This document shows, in pieces, positions 48,166-63,250 of a stretch of DNA of 64,000 nt; positions within the stretch are counted from its first letter, which is position 1; each line of letters starts with the position of its first letter. Below the pieces are notes generated by a model. It was not told the origin of the DNA and ran no database searches. It saw only the letters and a list, made by a program, of their open reading frames with translations. The DNA comes from the human T2T-CHM13v2.0 reference genome, Homo sapiens: the NCBI RefSeq assembly GCF_009914755.1, contig NC_060947.1. One strand, given 5' to 3'. Made by a program: the position numbers and the translations under genes.

Positions 48166-49034
48166 CATTATTTTTTTGAAACTCTATTTTAATACTTTTC
48201 TACAAATCCTTTCATGTCCATATAGTCATCTGTGTACTCAATATTAGCATTATAACTGCGAGGTCAGAGGATATAAAAAACTAAATTACCAAGCTTTTCT
48301 AAATTTTCTCCAAAGGTTTTACTAACTGAGGTTCCTTACAAGTCTATATGTGATTCCCTAAATGCCCGTCTCCTCTAAATCCTCGTTGGCTTGAGCTTGT
48401 TAAAGTTTAGCAAAATAAAAGATGAAAAATTGTCTTTTTTATTTTAATTAGAATTTTAATTAAGAGAAAGTTTGCTCATTTTTGCATACATCATTAAACC
48501 CTGCTATTTCCTTTTCTGTCACTTGCCTGATAAAACTTTTGGTTCTTATCCAACACACACAGGTGTGTCCAAATAAAATAAATTAAATAATGGCATACAT
48601 AAATATTTAGAAATCAAGCTGAGAAAACTTCCCAGAAATAAGGCATAACTCTACAGGCTTTATATTATAATATGATATATAATATAAAGGTATTATATTA
48701 TATTATATTATTCCCCAAAGTAGGTCAACCTGAAATATTCCCCAAAAGGTCCAGACTTTCCAGGAAAAAAAAAAAATGAATCCATGGGGCAGCATGTTAA
48801 GTGATAAAGCCACTTATGGGTCCAATAAGACAGGTGTTAGTTGTCAACTCAGGAATGCGCAATGTTAGAAGACCATGTAACAATGTACACAAACTACTAA
48901 AAGAAGAAATGTGCAACCTATCAGTTTACATAACCATGCTGTCATTCAAAGATAGTGTCTACTGGAAGAAAATGCACACTGATGATTTATAGTTTCTGTG
49001 ACTTCTGTTGGAAAAGAGAAAAAAACAAAGCATT

Positions 49035-49835
49035 ATTTTATTTTCTATTGATGCCACTAAAAGTTACCAAAATTTTACCAGCTGTCTGCATAATCATCTA
49101 TTATCTTGCAGTTTTCATGGGTTAGACATATGGGCACAGCATGGCTTAGCTACGTTCCTTCTCTGGGTCTCACAAGAACAAAGTCAAGGTTTGGGTAAGG
49201 CTACATATTTTTCCTGGAGGCTCCAGGGGAGAAATGATTTCCAGCGTCATTCAGGTTATTGGCAAGATTCAGTCACATGTACAGAGCTGTTAGACATCTC
49301 TATAACCCCATTGTAAGTTGAAAATATCCATAGCTCAAAAATGCATTTATACACCTAACCTACTGAACATCATAGCTTAGCTCAGCCTACCTTAAATGTG
49401 CTCAGAACACTTACATTGGCCTACAGTTGAGCAAAATCATCTAATAAAAAGCTCATTTTATAATAAAATATTGAATACCTCATGGAATTTATTCTATTGA
49501 AGGTGTATCACTTTCACACCATCATACAGTTGAAACATTGTAAGTTGGGAACCATCTGTAGTTGCAAGGCTGAAGATTCCATCTCCTTCCTTGTTATCCT
49601 GGGATCTGTCTCTGCTTCCGGAGACTGTCTGCATTTCTTTCCCCATGCCCCCTTTCTCCATCTCCAAAGCGATCAACGAGGGCTCAAATCCCTCTCACAC
49701 GTTGAATTTCTCCTGACTTTTATTTCATGGCATCTGAATGCCTCTTCTGTTTTTTTGCTTCCCATTTATGTAGCCCTGTGATTACTTTGCTCTCACCCAG
49801 ATAATACAGGATAGTCTTCCTATCATATACCAACT
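49035..49835 (-). mobile_element. Old MLT1 LTR interrupted by a Tigger4-type fragment (~49290-49559)
   Basis: MLT1-like GGGTCTCACAAG..TCAAGG and CACCCAGATAAT..AGGATA. The insert matches 37822-38185 and ends GGGGACCATCTG. Confidence 0.6.
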
Positions 49836-49864
49836 GATTAATAAACTGAGTGACACATTTATTT

Positions 49865-51588
49865 CCTCCTATATCCCAGACTTGGGATCTGAAGAAGATA
49901 GCAACCCAGAAGTACCAACAGGAGCAGATTTCTTTAATATGCCCCGAAAACCTTCTCTCTCTACTCAAAGGGCCAGAAAATGAAGAACTTAGCAAGACAA
50001 AAATTACTCCACACCACCAAACACCATATAAAATAATTGTGGCTTCGCCTACCCATACAAGCACAAGGTGTGTGTACCTCGAGGTCCACCCCTAGTAGGT
50101 AGTCCCAAAACTCTCCAAACTTCCACTGGGGTGGCATCAGAGGGGCTAAGAAGAGATCCGGGACTTTGATCTCTTCCATTGGTAATGATGATCCTTAACA
50201 TGGGGTATCAGTTGAAACTACATGGAGGGTGTAGACTTTCAATCCTATTTGGGGATAACGAGGTGCCCTGCTCTCTCTTCACTGAGTTAATTTCACAGGA
50301 GTTGAGATCTTAGTGGATTCAAGATTTGAGACTTTTGTCACTACCCAGTGGTAACAAGGCAATACCACCCCCTTTGGTGTTAGTGGGGACCATGTGGGGA
50401 TTTGGAATTCCTATGCCCACCCGGAAGTAACAAGACTCCCTCATCATGACCCCACAGGTGTCATCAGAGGCTGAGTAGGGGACAGAGACTTCTACACCAA
50501 CGGGAAGTAGAACTACAGTACCTAATCCTATCCTCTTTTACAGTGGAATCAAAGAAGCTAGCTAAATTAGATCCAAATGTATATGCCACAGCTTGAAGTG
50601 TCAAGGTGTTCCTAGAAAATCACTTGTTATCCCCAAAACCAGAAAAATGTCAAAGTAAATGAAATAGAACAATCATTCATATCAATCCTGGGATGATGAC
50701 AGAGTAGTTAGAATGATCCCACAGAGATTTTAGAGCAGCCATCTTCAACAAGCAATTGCAAATCTGATTGAAACAAATGAAAGAAACAAAATCTCAGCAA
50801 AGAAATAGAAGAGGTAAAGGAGAACCACACAGAAATATTACAATGGAAAAATTTAACAACAAGTACAAAACAAACTAAATGGATGGGTTCAAGGGCACAC
50901 AGAAGGGGACATGGAACATAACTGGTGAACTAGCAGGTGAAATACAATGATAAGGGATCAAGTAAGTTGAAAAAAAAAATGAGTAGGTGCATAGAGACCT
51001 GTGATCCTATAACAAAACACCCACAATTTGTGTCATCAGAGTCCTAGAATAAGATGAGAGAGGGCAGGCTGAAAAAGTACTCAGAGAAATAAATGCTGGA
51101 ACCTCCCCAAATTTGCCAACACATAATGCTGAAGAAATTGGATATCCACAGGAAACAAACAAACAAATAAATAAATAAATATAATCTTATCACCCACAAC
51201 TTATTTGAAAAATTAATACATAGCAAGGATGTGATGAAAAAAAGAACACCATACATGGCTGGTGTGAATGTAAATTAGTATAACCTCTATGGAAATCAAT
51301 ATAGAGATCTCACAAAGAACTAAAAATAACTACTATTTGACCCAGCAATCCCACTACTGAGAATCTACTCAAAGGAAAAGAAATTATTACATCAAAAAGA
51401 TACTTGTATTTGTATGTTTATCACAGTACTATTCATAATAGAAATGTCATGGAATCAACTTAAGTGTCCACCAATGAATGATTGGATAAAGATTATATAT
51501 ATATAAAATATATAATTATATATGTGGGTTTTATATATATATATAATTATAAATGTGGGAGATAAAGCACCATGCATATAATTCTATT

Positions 51589-51635
<47 letters not shown>

Positions 51636-53270
51636 AAATTGAATACCATGCAGCCATGAAAAAGAAGGAAATTATGCCTTTTGTATTACTAGTAACATGG
51701 GTGGAACTGGAGGCCATTATTTTAACTGAAATAATTCAGAAAGAGAAAATCATGTTCTCACTTATAAATGGAGCTGGACAATGTGTACACGTGGGCATAA
51801 AGGTGAAAATAGTAGACACTGGGGATTCCAAAAGGAGGTGGGGGAAAGGAGTGACAGATGAAAAATCACATTTAGAGCACAATGTTCACTATTTGGCTGA
51901 TAAGTACACTAGAAGCCCAAACTCTACCAGTATGCAATATATCCCTATAACAATCCTGCCCATGAACTCCTCGCATCTCTAAGCATTAAAAAATAGTCTA
52001 ATATGGATCATAGACTTAAATATAAAGCATAAAACTGTAAAAAACTTTAGAAAAAAATAACAACAGCAAGAAGAGAAATTCTTCAGTGCCTAAGGCCAGG
52101 CAAGGAGTTTTTAGAGATGACACAAAAGACATGATACATAAAAGGAAAAAAAAATGGTGAATTTGACTTCATCAAAGTTAAAAACTTTTGGTCTACAAAC
52201 AACCTTATTAACAAGATGCAAAGGCCAATTATAGATTGGCAGACACGTATGCAAACTAACTAATAGTTAAAATAAAAAAGGATCCTCCAAACTCAGCAGT
52301 AAAAAACACACTCGAAATCCATTCAGAAAATTGGCAAAGGAGATAAAAGGACATTTCACTGAAGAGAATGCACAAATGACAAATAAGTATGTGAAAAGAT
52401 GTTCATAGACTTTCATCACTAGGAACATGCTATTTAGAAACACTATCTGCCAGCCATGGTAACTCATGCTCATAGTCCCCACACTTTGGGAAGCTGAGGC
52501 AGGAGGATTGCTTGAGACCAGGAGTTTGAGACCAGTGTGGACAACATAGCAAGACTCCATATCTACAAAATATTTTTTAAAAATAGCCGGGCATGGTAGT
52601 ACATGACTGGCACAAGTACTTGGGAGGCTGAGGTGGGAGGATCTCTTGAGCCTGGGAGGTCGACGCTGCAGAGAGCCATGATCATGCTACTGCACTCCAT
52701 CCTGGGCAACAGAACGAGACCCTATCTCCAAAAAAAAAAAAAAAAAAACCCATAATCTGATGTGTCTATACAAACCTATTCAAAATGACTAAAATGAAAG
52801 AAAGTGACAACACCAAATGTTGGCAGGGACGTGAAGAAACTGAATTACTCACATATTGCTAATGGGAATATAAAATGATGAAGCCACTCCAAAAAAGAGT
52901 TTCTTAAAAAACTAAGCATGTCATTACCATGGAAACCCAAAATTGCACTCTTGAGTGTTTATTCCACAGACACATGCAAGTCTTTACTTATGTTCATATA
53001 AAATCCTATGCATGAGTTTATTTGTAATAGTGAAAAACTGAAAACAACAGAGGTGTCCTTCAGTAGAAAAATGATTGAAAAACTTTGATACATATATAGT
53101 ATGCAATACTATATAACAATGGAAAGGAATAAAATATTAATACTAATATTGTATAGTTTTGCAAGGTTACCATTGAGAGAAACTGGACAAAGTGTACAAT
53201 GAATCTATCTTATTTCTTACACCTACATGGGAAACTACATTTAAACCAATATAAAACGTTGACTTAACAA
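49865..53270 (+). mobile_element. Ancient L1M (MC/MD) remnants with a nested L1MA 3' end (~51215-51992) and AluJ (52449-52748)
   Basis: Degenerate ORF1-like purine-rich segment (50600-51150), ORF2 3' remnants (52000-52440, 52780-53100), and an L1MA 3'UTR. Confidence 0.65.
52449..52748 (+). mobile_element. AluJ
   Basis: Full diverged dimer with A-tail. Confidence 0.85.
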
Positions 53271-53439
53271 AAAATCCCCTGAGATTCTTAAGAATGTTAC
53301 CACATAGTCCACTGTTCTTATTGGTTTCCCTATGCCCAGAGAAAGTAACATGAAAGCAATATCTAAGAATTAGTTATGCTTGGCCTTTTTTATCATTGAT
53401 TTTGGCTGGGTCTTTGCAGGAGTGGGTTATCACTGTTTT

Positions 53440-53743
53440 AGTTTTTTGTTTTTGTTTTTGTTTTTGAGGCAGAGTCTCACTTTGTTGCCCATGCTGGATT
53501 GCTATGGTGCAAACACAGCTCACTGCAGCCTCGACTTCCCAGGCTCAAGCAATACTCCTGCCTCAGCCTTCCAAGTAGCTTGGAATACAGCCACACAGCA
53601 CCACGCCCGGCTAATTTTTTATTTTTTGTAGAGACGGGATCTTGCCATTTTGCCCAGGCTGGCTTTGAACTCCTGGACTTAAGCAATTCCCCCATCTCAG
53701 CCTCCCAAAGTGCTGGGATTACAGGTGTGAGGCACCGTGCCCT
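53440..53743 (-). mobile_element. AluJ
   Basis: (TTTTTG)n tail and antisense dimer. Confidence 0.85.
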
Positions 53744-54074
53744 GCTTGTTTTTGTTGCTTGTATTCTTAATTTTCTAAAATGAACATGCATTTTCATTTA
53801 AAGGGAAAAGGCATATATATGAAAATTCATTTAAAGAAAAAGGCATACATTTAAAAATAAAATTTTAGCAAACACCCAACATTATACTTATTTATAATTT
53901 TGCTGTATTCTTGTTGTTTTTGTAGTATTTAAATATTTAAGCTTTTTTTGCCTACCTCTAGCACCGTCATTTATTCATTAAGGCTAAGGGATAGAAAAAG
54001 AAAAATAATGTTCTTGTGTTAACCTCTGTTTCTTCAATGTTTTCACAAGGACTTTATTATTTAATCAGCACAAT

Positions 54075-54200
54075 CACTTGCAATTTCGATAGTATCTTCA
54101 TTTTACAGATGAGGATACTGTGGCCAGACATATATTAACCTGAATACCCTATTGCATATGGTTGGAGCTTGCATACACATCCATGACTGCTTAGATACCA
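54075..54200. mobile_element. MIR fragment
   Basis: CATTTTACAGATGAGGATACTG core. Confidence 0.5.
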
Positions 54201-55417
54201 AGCTTATATTCCTTGATACATCATATATTTGACAAAATTTATCTGATATCTTCTTGTCCTGGAAAGTGTGATAATGATTCCAGAAAAACCTCAAACTACT
54301 TCCAAATGACCCGAGGCATCATTGCCATCAAAATGGCAGAGAACAAAAGAAAAAAAATGTCCTAAGTATTTCTGTAAGTTACAAAGCACAGAGCTCTCAT
54401 TTGGATTCCAGGAACCAGTTTCGGAAATGCAGAAAGCTTGAAACAATTCTTAATGTTTTAGGCAAAGAATCATGTTTTCTACTTTTCTATTCACTGTTTT
54501 GTTGATGAACTTGTAGGTTTTAAAACATAAATTTGGAGGTCTGGACTGATTGTCCACAGCTGGGTAGACAATGAATGATGATAAATTGAAAGGTTTATGG
54601 CAACACCAATCAGCGGAACATAATAGTTACTTTGGTTTGACATAAAGAGGTTAGAGGAAATTAGTAAAATGAAAAGAGATGTGGTAGGAGACCAAATAGA
54701 AAAGAACGTATTACAGATCCATACAAGGTATTTAATTATGAGATTTTAGTCCTGAAAAGATTGTGGAAATACTGACTCCCCTTATTTTATGAAAGATATA
54801 ATGATTCCTGAGAGGATTATTACCTGTTTTAGATCACTGCACAGGTTACCTCCAAAAGTTAAAACAGAATGAGAGGTCAGATATATGAACTTTTCCAAAT
54901 GACATATGGGAAGTCCTTGGTTTTTTTAACCTACCTTGGTGATGGAAAATTAGAGTTGTCTCCATCAACAATGACTTTTAATTAATTAGGTGAATTCTCA
55001 GGGTGACCAGCTAATGACAAGGATAAAATCTGTCATGCTGGGACCCATTAAGAAGGGGCATGGTGCCAGGCATTCATTCTTCATTCAGCAGTTTTCCACA
55101 GTTGCTGAGCATTTGACTTGTCTGAAGTGGTACTTAAACCCAAACAAGTCTGAGCCCAGGTCCAGACAGACGTGGTTATGCAGGCAACAACTGGCTTCCC
55201 CTTCTAGCTGATATTCTTACATCTTTGATCAATACTTATCTGGAGGCCAGGCTGAGGACCACCTGGGGGGAAGGCAGGCAAAATCGAACTCTTGTATTTG
55301 TTGTCTCCTCCAGCTCTGTGACCATTCAGAGTTAGCTTTTATCTTGTATATTCCTAGAGCAAAACAAAGTTCTCCATGTAAACCAGAGTTACCTTGTGTA
55401 GGTTACAGCTGGTAGCC

Positions 55418-55467
55418 TGTTAGTGTTCTTCAGAGAAACAGAAGACAATGGATTGAGAAAGGTAGGC

Positions 55468-55511
<44 letters not shown>

Positions 55512-56080
55512 GATAGATAGATAGATAGATGATGGATAGTGGATGAATGATGCATCTGTAGATAGATAGTAGATAAATGATGAACAAATAGATAGATATA
55601 TAGATAAGTAGAAAATGGATAGATGATGGATGGTTATATAGATAGATTGAGTCATTGATTTATAGATATTTATAGAAACTGACTTGCATAATTATGAAGG
55701 TTGAAAATTCTGCTGTCTACAAGCTGGAGAACCAAGAAAGCCACTGTGTCCTGAGAACCAGGATACGAAGCTGATGATGTACGTCCATATCTGAGTCCAA
55801 AAGTCTGAACACCAGGATTGCTGATGTCGGAGGGCAGGAGATGAATGTCCAACTCTACCAGAGAGAGCGAATTCACTCTTCCTCTCCCTTTTTGTTCTAT
55901 CCAAGTCCTAGATCATTGAATGATGCCCACTCATATTGGTGAGGGTGATCTTCCTTACTCAGTCTTCTTAATTAAATGCCAATCTCTTCTAGAAATACCC
56001 TCACAGACACACCCAGAAATAGTGTTTTAGGAGCTATCGGGCATTCCTTAGTCCAGACAAGTTGACAATTAACCATCACA
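55418..56080 (-). mobile_element. MLT2 LTR with an internal (GATA)n expansion (~55468-55650)
   Basis: Ends AATTAACCATCACA, the reverse complement of the start at 24330; CTTCAGAGAAACAGAA at the other end. Confidence 0.8.
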
Positions 56081-57237
56081 GAGCCACATGTCCTTCTCAT
56101 TTGACCAAATCTCAACCCACCAGCCCAAGAACATTATAGAAGCACAAGTTTTAAATGCCTGGTGCTTTCCAGTAAAGTGTTTAGATAAACTCCATTTTCT
56201 CCAGCCGATCCCCATCAGCTGTGGCACCACGGACAGGGTCACAATTTTTCGACTCTTCCCAGGTTAACCAGGCTTCTGGGGGCAATAGGTTTGGATCCAG
56301 GTGACTGTTTGTATGTGAGTGTGTTTATTTTTAAAAGTGCAACTCAAAAACAATGATTTCGATAATCAGCAGTTTCAGTATCAGTGCACTCCATTTAGTA
56401 TTTTTATTTACTTTAATGTATTTCTTTTTGATTGATGAAGAAATCAATCCTTGGAGAAATTAAGTTGGACTTCCAAGGTCACACAACTTACAAGGATACA
56501 GCTGTGATCAGAAACCACACTCAACTCTCCATTCGAACTCTTCCCCCACTACAGCATCTACCTTCCATGGGAATTAATCTACCTGCAGCAGATAGTTTAG
56601 GCTGAAATGACATCTGGCCCCAAAATCGTATTTAACATAATAACCTCATTGTCTGTGGACAAATTGAATGATCAATTAGATATGTGACATTTTGGTTCAA
56701 GATCATGGGACATACTGCTGATCTAGCAATTCTTGACATTTTTTAATCTCTTTAAATAACATCCTGTACAGGTAAAACTGGAAGTATATATTACTAAGCC
56801 TAGAGGAATCTGATATTTGAAATAATTTAGGTAGATGGAGTTATTAACAGTCATTTATAATGAAACAGTCTTTTTGACAAAAGGAACTTTGGAAGTCTCC
56901 TTGCTACTCAATTTTGGGGAATGTCTTTTAAGGAAAAGTTGCATTTTGGTAAATCTTTATGATTTAATCCCCATTGATATGAAAAGTCTCAAAATTCAGA
57001 AATATGACGACAGATATCTGAAAGGGAATTTTAGTACCTAAAATAAAGGTAAAACATGACTGATTATGAAAACAATAATGGGAGGCTAAAACTGCTGTTG
57101 AAATCTATTTTATGATAATTATGACTTTTGTAAAAACCTCAGAGTCCATTCTAACTTTTCTAGAAATGGCCATTCATGACCTTTCTTTTACTAAATGCCA
57201 AAATCTGCCTTTTCTTTCCTTGATTTACTCCCAGTGA

Positions 57238-57610
<373 letters not shown>

Positions 57611-57629
57611 TTACTACCATTGTTTTTAC

Positions 57630-58770
57630 ATAGACTTTTTAAAAACAATTAGAAAAGATTTAAATTTACAGAAAAATTAGTTTGAGAAGTACACATAAGC
57701 ACATCTCTCCCACACTCAGTGTTGGCTATTATTGGCATCTTACATTAATATGGAGCATTTGTTATAGGGAATGAACCAATTTTGATGGGATTCTGAATTA
57801 AAGTTCATGCTTAGTTGAGATTTCTTGTATATTACACAATGCCATTTCAATTCTCCGGGATTCTACATGTAGTGGTCATGTTTCCTTGGGCTTTTCCTTT
57901 TCTGGGACAGTTTTTTAGACTTTATATGATTTTGATAATCCTGACAGTTTTGAAGAGTACAAGTCAGGCACTTTGTAGAATGTCCCTGTATTGGAATTTG
58001 ATGTTTTTCTCATGATTAGCCTGGGTTTATGGGTATGTGGGAGATAAAGCACCTTTTTCATCTAATAATAATTTTATTTCATAATACCAAGCATACACAC
58101 TGTCAACATTGACGTATCTCTGATGATGTTGACTTTGATGAGCTGGCCAAGGTAGTGTCTGTCATGTTTCCACACTAAAAAAGTTACCTTATTTGGTAAT
58201 GGATAACCTAATAATTTGATCTGATGACTACAACATTGTATGCCTAAATGAAAACATCACATGTGCTCTATAAATATGTGCCCTTGTTATGTACCCATAA
58301 TAGGTAAAAAAAAAAAAAAAAAATTAAAAATCAACTTAAAAAACGTTACACTCTTAGCTTTTTGTTATCTTGTCCACTTGGGAGGAATTACTATGCACAG
58401 CCCATACCTGAGGGATGAAGAATTATGTACCACTTCCTTTAGGGTAGAGTATCTATCTAAATCATTTGGTATTCTTCTGTAGAGGAGCTAAGCCTACTCC
58501 CTCTCATCCATTCACTTTTAGTCATTTGTTTGTCAGCGTGAACACATGAATATGTGCTTTCCTACTTTGCTCTGTTGCTCAATCTCTTTCAGCGTTAACC
58601 ACTGAGAGCTCGTTCAGTTGAGTACTGTGCTCCTTTGACATCACCCCGTCACTGAGAGTTTTGGTTTTTGAGTACTTCCTTACTTTCTGGCATTGCAACA
58701 AGTTTCAGGCTTATATTGTATATTTCCTGTCCCAGGTTTCGGATCAGCCACTCCACCATGGGACCCTAGT
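57630..58770 (-). mobile_element. L1MC-type 3' remnant
   Basis: GACAGTTTTGAAGAGTAC..GTCAGG..TTTGTAGAATGTCCC, typical of old L1M 3' regions (from recall). Confidence 0.6.
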
Positions 58771-59039
58771 TTCCTTCTTACCATTTTCCTCACCCACTTG
58801 GGATCTTCTACTAGGGCTTGATCATTAAAAGTTTGGAGGTCTTAAAAGGCGACGAGGCCAAGTGAAAACCAAGTCTTCTCATTGTCAATTGTGCCTATCT
58901 AATATCTATATTCTCAAAGGCCCTAACAAGATTCTCTCTCCAAACTCCAATTCTGATTATGGCACTTTTATTTAAGTGCCTTCTTTAACCAATTACCTTC
59001 TTTAGCAGTGGTCTATTCACACTGCAGATTGTAAAACTT

Positions 59040-59355
59040 TATCCATTTATCTGTCTGTCTGTCTGTCTATCAATCTATCTATAATGTGTCTGTGTCTATT
59101 TACCTACTACCTACTTATCTTTATATATCACCTATTATCTATCTATCCATCTATCATCTATCTGTCCATCTATCATCTATCTATTGATCTATGTATCGAC
59201 TTATGTGTTTATCTATTATCTATCATTTATCTATCAAGCTATCATCTACCGTACATCTATGTATACATCAATCTATCCTATGTATTCTCTAATCTATCTG
59301 TCATATATCTCTGTGTTTATATATTATATATCTATTCTATCTATCTATCTATCAT
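59040..59355. repeat. Degenerate (TATC)n microsatellite
   Basis: Read directly. Confidence 0.85.
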
Positions 59356-60855
59356 ATTGTACAGGAATAAAAGTAAATAACATAAAATTACCTCAAGTGT
59401 TGTGATGTGTGTGGTCAAATTTCACTAGTGGTCTTAAAATTGTAAGAACATTGAAATTTGCGAAAAATTTCATATCTTGTAGCCTGGAAAAGGTTATCAC
59501 TGATTCTTAGTGCCACCTGCCCCTGTAACATCTCTTACTGATAACCTCATCATGTCTTTTTATTCTTCAAGATACAAAAAAAGTTATACACCATCAAATA
59601 TACACTTTCACTCCTTTACAGATCCCTTTATACTGTCTTATTTAATTTCCATAACAGAGTTACGATAGCCTTACAGAATGTTTTCAGTGGTTTTCCCTCT
59701 TGTTTAGAATCTAGGATAGTTTGAAATTATATTAATAAGATTCTTTAACACTTGCTTGTGCATGCCATCAGCATCTTCTGCCTGTTTGTTTACTTTGTGA
59801 GAATTTTAAATTTGAATTTAATTTTCTAAAAAAATGAGGTGCTTCAAGTTGGAGGTTTCACTGAGTTTTGATAAGACATATATTCTTATGAATTTATAAT
59901 TTTCACATAAGTATTAATTGACAAACAAATATACATAGCAGTTATATATTATTTTATAATATTAGTTATGGATAATATATCTTTTTAGTATGTCGTATCT
60001 AAGTTTATGTGGCTTTTCTGCTTTGTTATTATTTCTTTCTTCCTTCTTCCTTCTTCCCTTCCTCCCTTCTACCATGATTATTTTCAGCTCTGTTTTTCCC
60101 ACTCATAGTTATTTCAGCTAGCCATTTTTGATATGCATTGGAACTGATTCAAGATTTTGATTTCACAAAAATAATGCAATATACTAATGTCTATATAATG
60201 TCTCATATATATGTATGTAGGAAAAAACTCTTAAAAATTAAATTTTTTGGTCCAGTGAAAAAGTGAATTACTCAGTCTGTTTAGCTATTGCTAAGGCACC
60301 AATGGAAATGCAACTTCACATAAATACCAGGCAGCACATTTTAATAGTGCATACAGAGTCTTTTCCCCTCTAATCAGAAGCTTTAATACTTCAAAATGTT
60401 ATTGGTTAAATTAAAAAAAAACCTTGATGTGCTTTTAACTTGCCTTTCACATATGTGGGACTGAACTTCTTTTTATTGAAAAACACTTGCATCTCCTTGT
60501 TAATTCTGTGTGATTCATTAGTTTGGATTTGTTTATCTTTCTCTGAGGCCAGCTTTGAGTCCTTTGTGTGTTTTTGTCAAATCCCTCTTTTATTGGGAAG
60601 GAATAGTTCAAAGCGTGGGGATAGGTTTGTTTGTGGGGTGTGCACACCCACACCCACACACCTACATATACGTATTGGCCCCATGGAAGCAGGGCTGCAA
60701 AAGAGAAGACATTTTCCAGACTCCTGGAATTCCCACTCTAAGGGCTTTTGGAAGGATTAAAGACAACGATGTCCCCAAACTGCCCAACTCCTAATGGTTC
60801 AAAGTGACCACCCCATGATCCTAGCTTCTTAGAGGCCAAGGGGTCCTTCTCAATT

Positions 60856-60858
<3 letters not shown>

Positions 60859-60933
<75 letters not shown>
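60859..60933. repeat. (CA)n(CT)n compound microsatellite
   Basis: Read directly. Confidence 0.95.
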
Positions 60934-60936
<3 letters not shown>

Positions 60937-61099
60937 CTTTTATTGTTCTTACGGAAAAAAATATTAGAGACAAAGAAATGCATGTAATAATCAAAGCATC
61001 TTAACTATCCTGAAAGAAAAACCAGTCCATATAAACAGATCTAGAGAAGACCTATATATTGGACTTACGTGACAAGGAGTTGAAAATAAGTGTCATAAA

Positions 61100-61955
61100 T
61101 ACAGTTATGCACCACATATGACATTTCAGTTAATGTCCAACCACATAAACAGCCACAGTCCCATAGGTCCACATAAGTAACCATGTTCTCTCTAGTAGAG
61201 CTGAAAAATTCCTATCTTCTGTTGAAGTCTTGGTGATCCTGACCTGTGTGGGCCTAGGCTAATGTGTGTGTTTCTGTCTTAGTTTTCACCAAAAAAATTT
61301 TAAAAGTATTGAAAGGAAAAAAAATTTAATTTACAAACAGAAAAAAATCTTGTAGGCCAGGAACGGTAGCTCATGTCTATAATCTTTGTAATCTGGGAGG
61401 CTGAGGCAGGAGGATCACTTGAGACCAGGAGTTCAAGGCCAGCCTGGGAAACAGAATGAAACCCTGTCTCTAAAGTAAAATAAAAAATTAGCTGGGCATG
61501 GTGGTGTGTGCCTACAGTCCCAGCTACTCAGGAGGCTGATGCGAGAGGATTGCTTGAGCACAGGAGTTCAAGGCTGCAGTAAGCCATGATCGCACCACTC
61601 TGCTACAGTCTGGGCAACTGAGGGAGATCCTGTCTCTAAAACAAACAAACAACAACAACAACAAAAAAAAACAAGAGAAAAGCTTGTAGAATAAAAATAT
61701 AAAAAATAAAATATTTTTGGTGTTTTTGTTTTAAGATGTGTTATTTAAAAAGGTCAAAAAGTTAAAACAATGTATAAAGTAAGAAGGTTACAGTAAGTTA
61801 AGTTTCATTTGTTATTGAAAGAAGAAACATATTTTAATAAATTGAGTGTAGCCTAAGCGTTTGCAAAGTCTACAGCCCTGTATAATAACGTCTTAGGCCT
61901 TCACATTCACTTACCACTCAGTCACTGACTCACTCACAGTCACTCACCCAGAACA
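61100..61955. mobile_element. Tigger3/MER7-type DNA transposon interrupted by AluJ (61355-61680)
   Basis: GAGCTGAAAAATTCCTAT, GGCCTAGGCTAATGTGTGTG, GGCCTTCACATTCAC..CACTCACCCAGA. Confidence 0.68.
61355..61680 (+). mobile_element. AluJ
   Basis: Full dimer with a (CAA)n tail. Confidence 0.85.
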
Positions 61956-62600
61956 ATTTAATGCGTTAGGTGGGTTTCTCAACTCGAGCATTAATTTGCA
62001 TGATGTATAATTGCATAATGCATTGAAGGTTAACTCACAGTCTAATATGGATATTGTAACCCCTGAATTTATTACTGAAAAAAAATTAGAAATAGCTAAA
62101 CAAATTTTAAAACAATTAAAATGAAATAGTAAAAGTCTACTCAACACAGAAGCATGTGGGAGAGCAGGGGAATAAAGAACAGATGGGACAAATTGAAAAT
62201 AAATGTCAAGCTGACATATTTAAACCCAACTGTAGCAAACATCACATTGTACAAAGACAGAACCAAAGCTCAAATTGAGGACTGATTCCCAGACAGATTT
62301 AAAAAAGCATGACCCCACTCCATGTTGTTTCTTTTAAAGATGTATTTACTATAAAGATGCAGACAGAAGTGTATTAAGGTAGAAGAATTCCCACGCTGCC
62401 ACTGAAGAGAAGGAAGCCAGAGTGACTCTGCTACCCTCATTGGAGTAGATATGAAGAGGATGACCATTAATGGAGATGAAGACCATTACTTACTGGAAAA
62501 AAAAGTGAAATGTATAAACAGGAAGGCATATGAATTTGTATGTATACGGAGTTCATTACAGAGCTCCAAAAATATATGAAGCATAGGAAGCAAAACTGAT

Positions 62601-63250
62601 AGAAGGAGAGGAGAGAAGAGAGAGGAATTAAGGGAAAAGAGTGACAGAGAGGAAAAGAGGGAGTGAGAGAGAGAGCCAGAGAGTGGGAGAGAGGGAAAGA
62701 GAGAGGAAGAGACAGAAGGAGTGAGAGGGAAAGAGAGAGAAGAAGAAGGGAGAGGAAGGAAGAGGGAGAGAGAGGGGGAGGGAGGCAGAGAGAGAGAGAG
62801 GACAGAGGAAGAGGGGTGGAGAGACAGAGATGGAAGGAGGGAGAGAGAGAGAAAGAGAGAGAGACAGAAGGAGCAACAGAAAGGAAGAGGGAGACAAGGG
62901 AGAGAGAGGAGGAGGAAAGGGAAAGAGAGGGAGAGACAGAAAGGGAGAGAGAGGGAGGGAGAGAAAATGAGAAAAGAGGGGGAAGAGAGAGGGGAGAAAG
63001 AAAAAGGAAGGGAGGGAGGGAGAGAGACAGGGAGAAAGGGAGAAACACAGAGAGAGAGAGAGACAGAGAGATAGCAAGAGAGGAAGAGGGGACAGAGAGG
63101 GAGAGACAGGGAGAGAGAGAAGAAGGGAATCGGGAGAGAGTGAGGGAGAGAAACAGAAGGAGAGAGGGAATGAGAGAAATAGAAGGAGAGAGGGAAGGAG
63201 GGAAATAGGAGGGACAGAGGAAGAAGGAGGGAGGGGGGAGAGAGAGAGGA
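62601..63250. repeat. ~650-bp (GA)-rich polypurine/polypyrimidine tract next to an old L1M ORF2 remnant (~62020-62600)
   Basis: The + strand is almost exclusively A/G. Confidence 0.92.
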
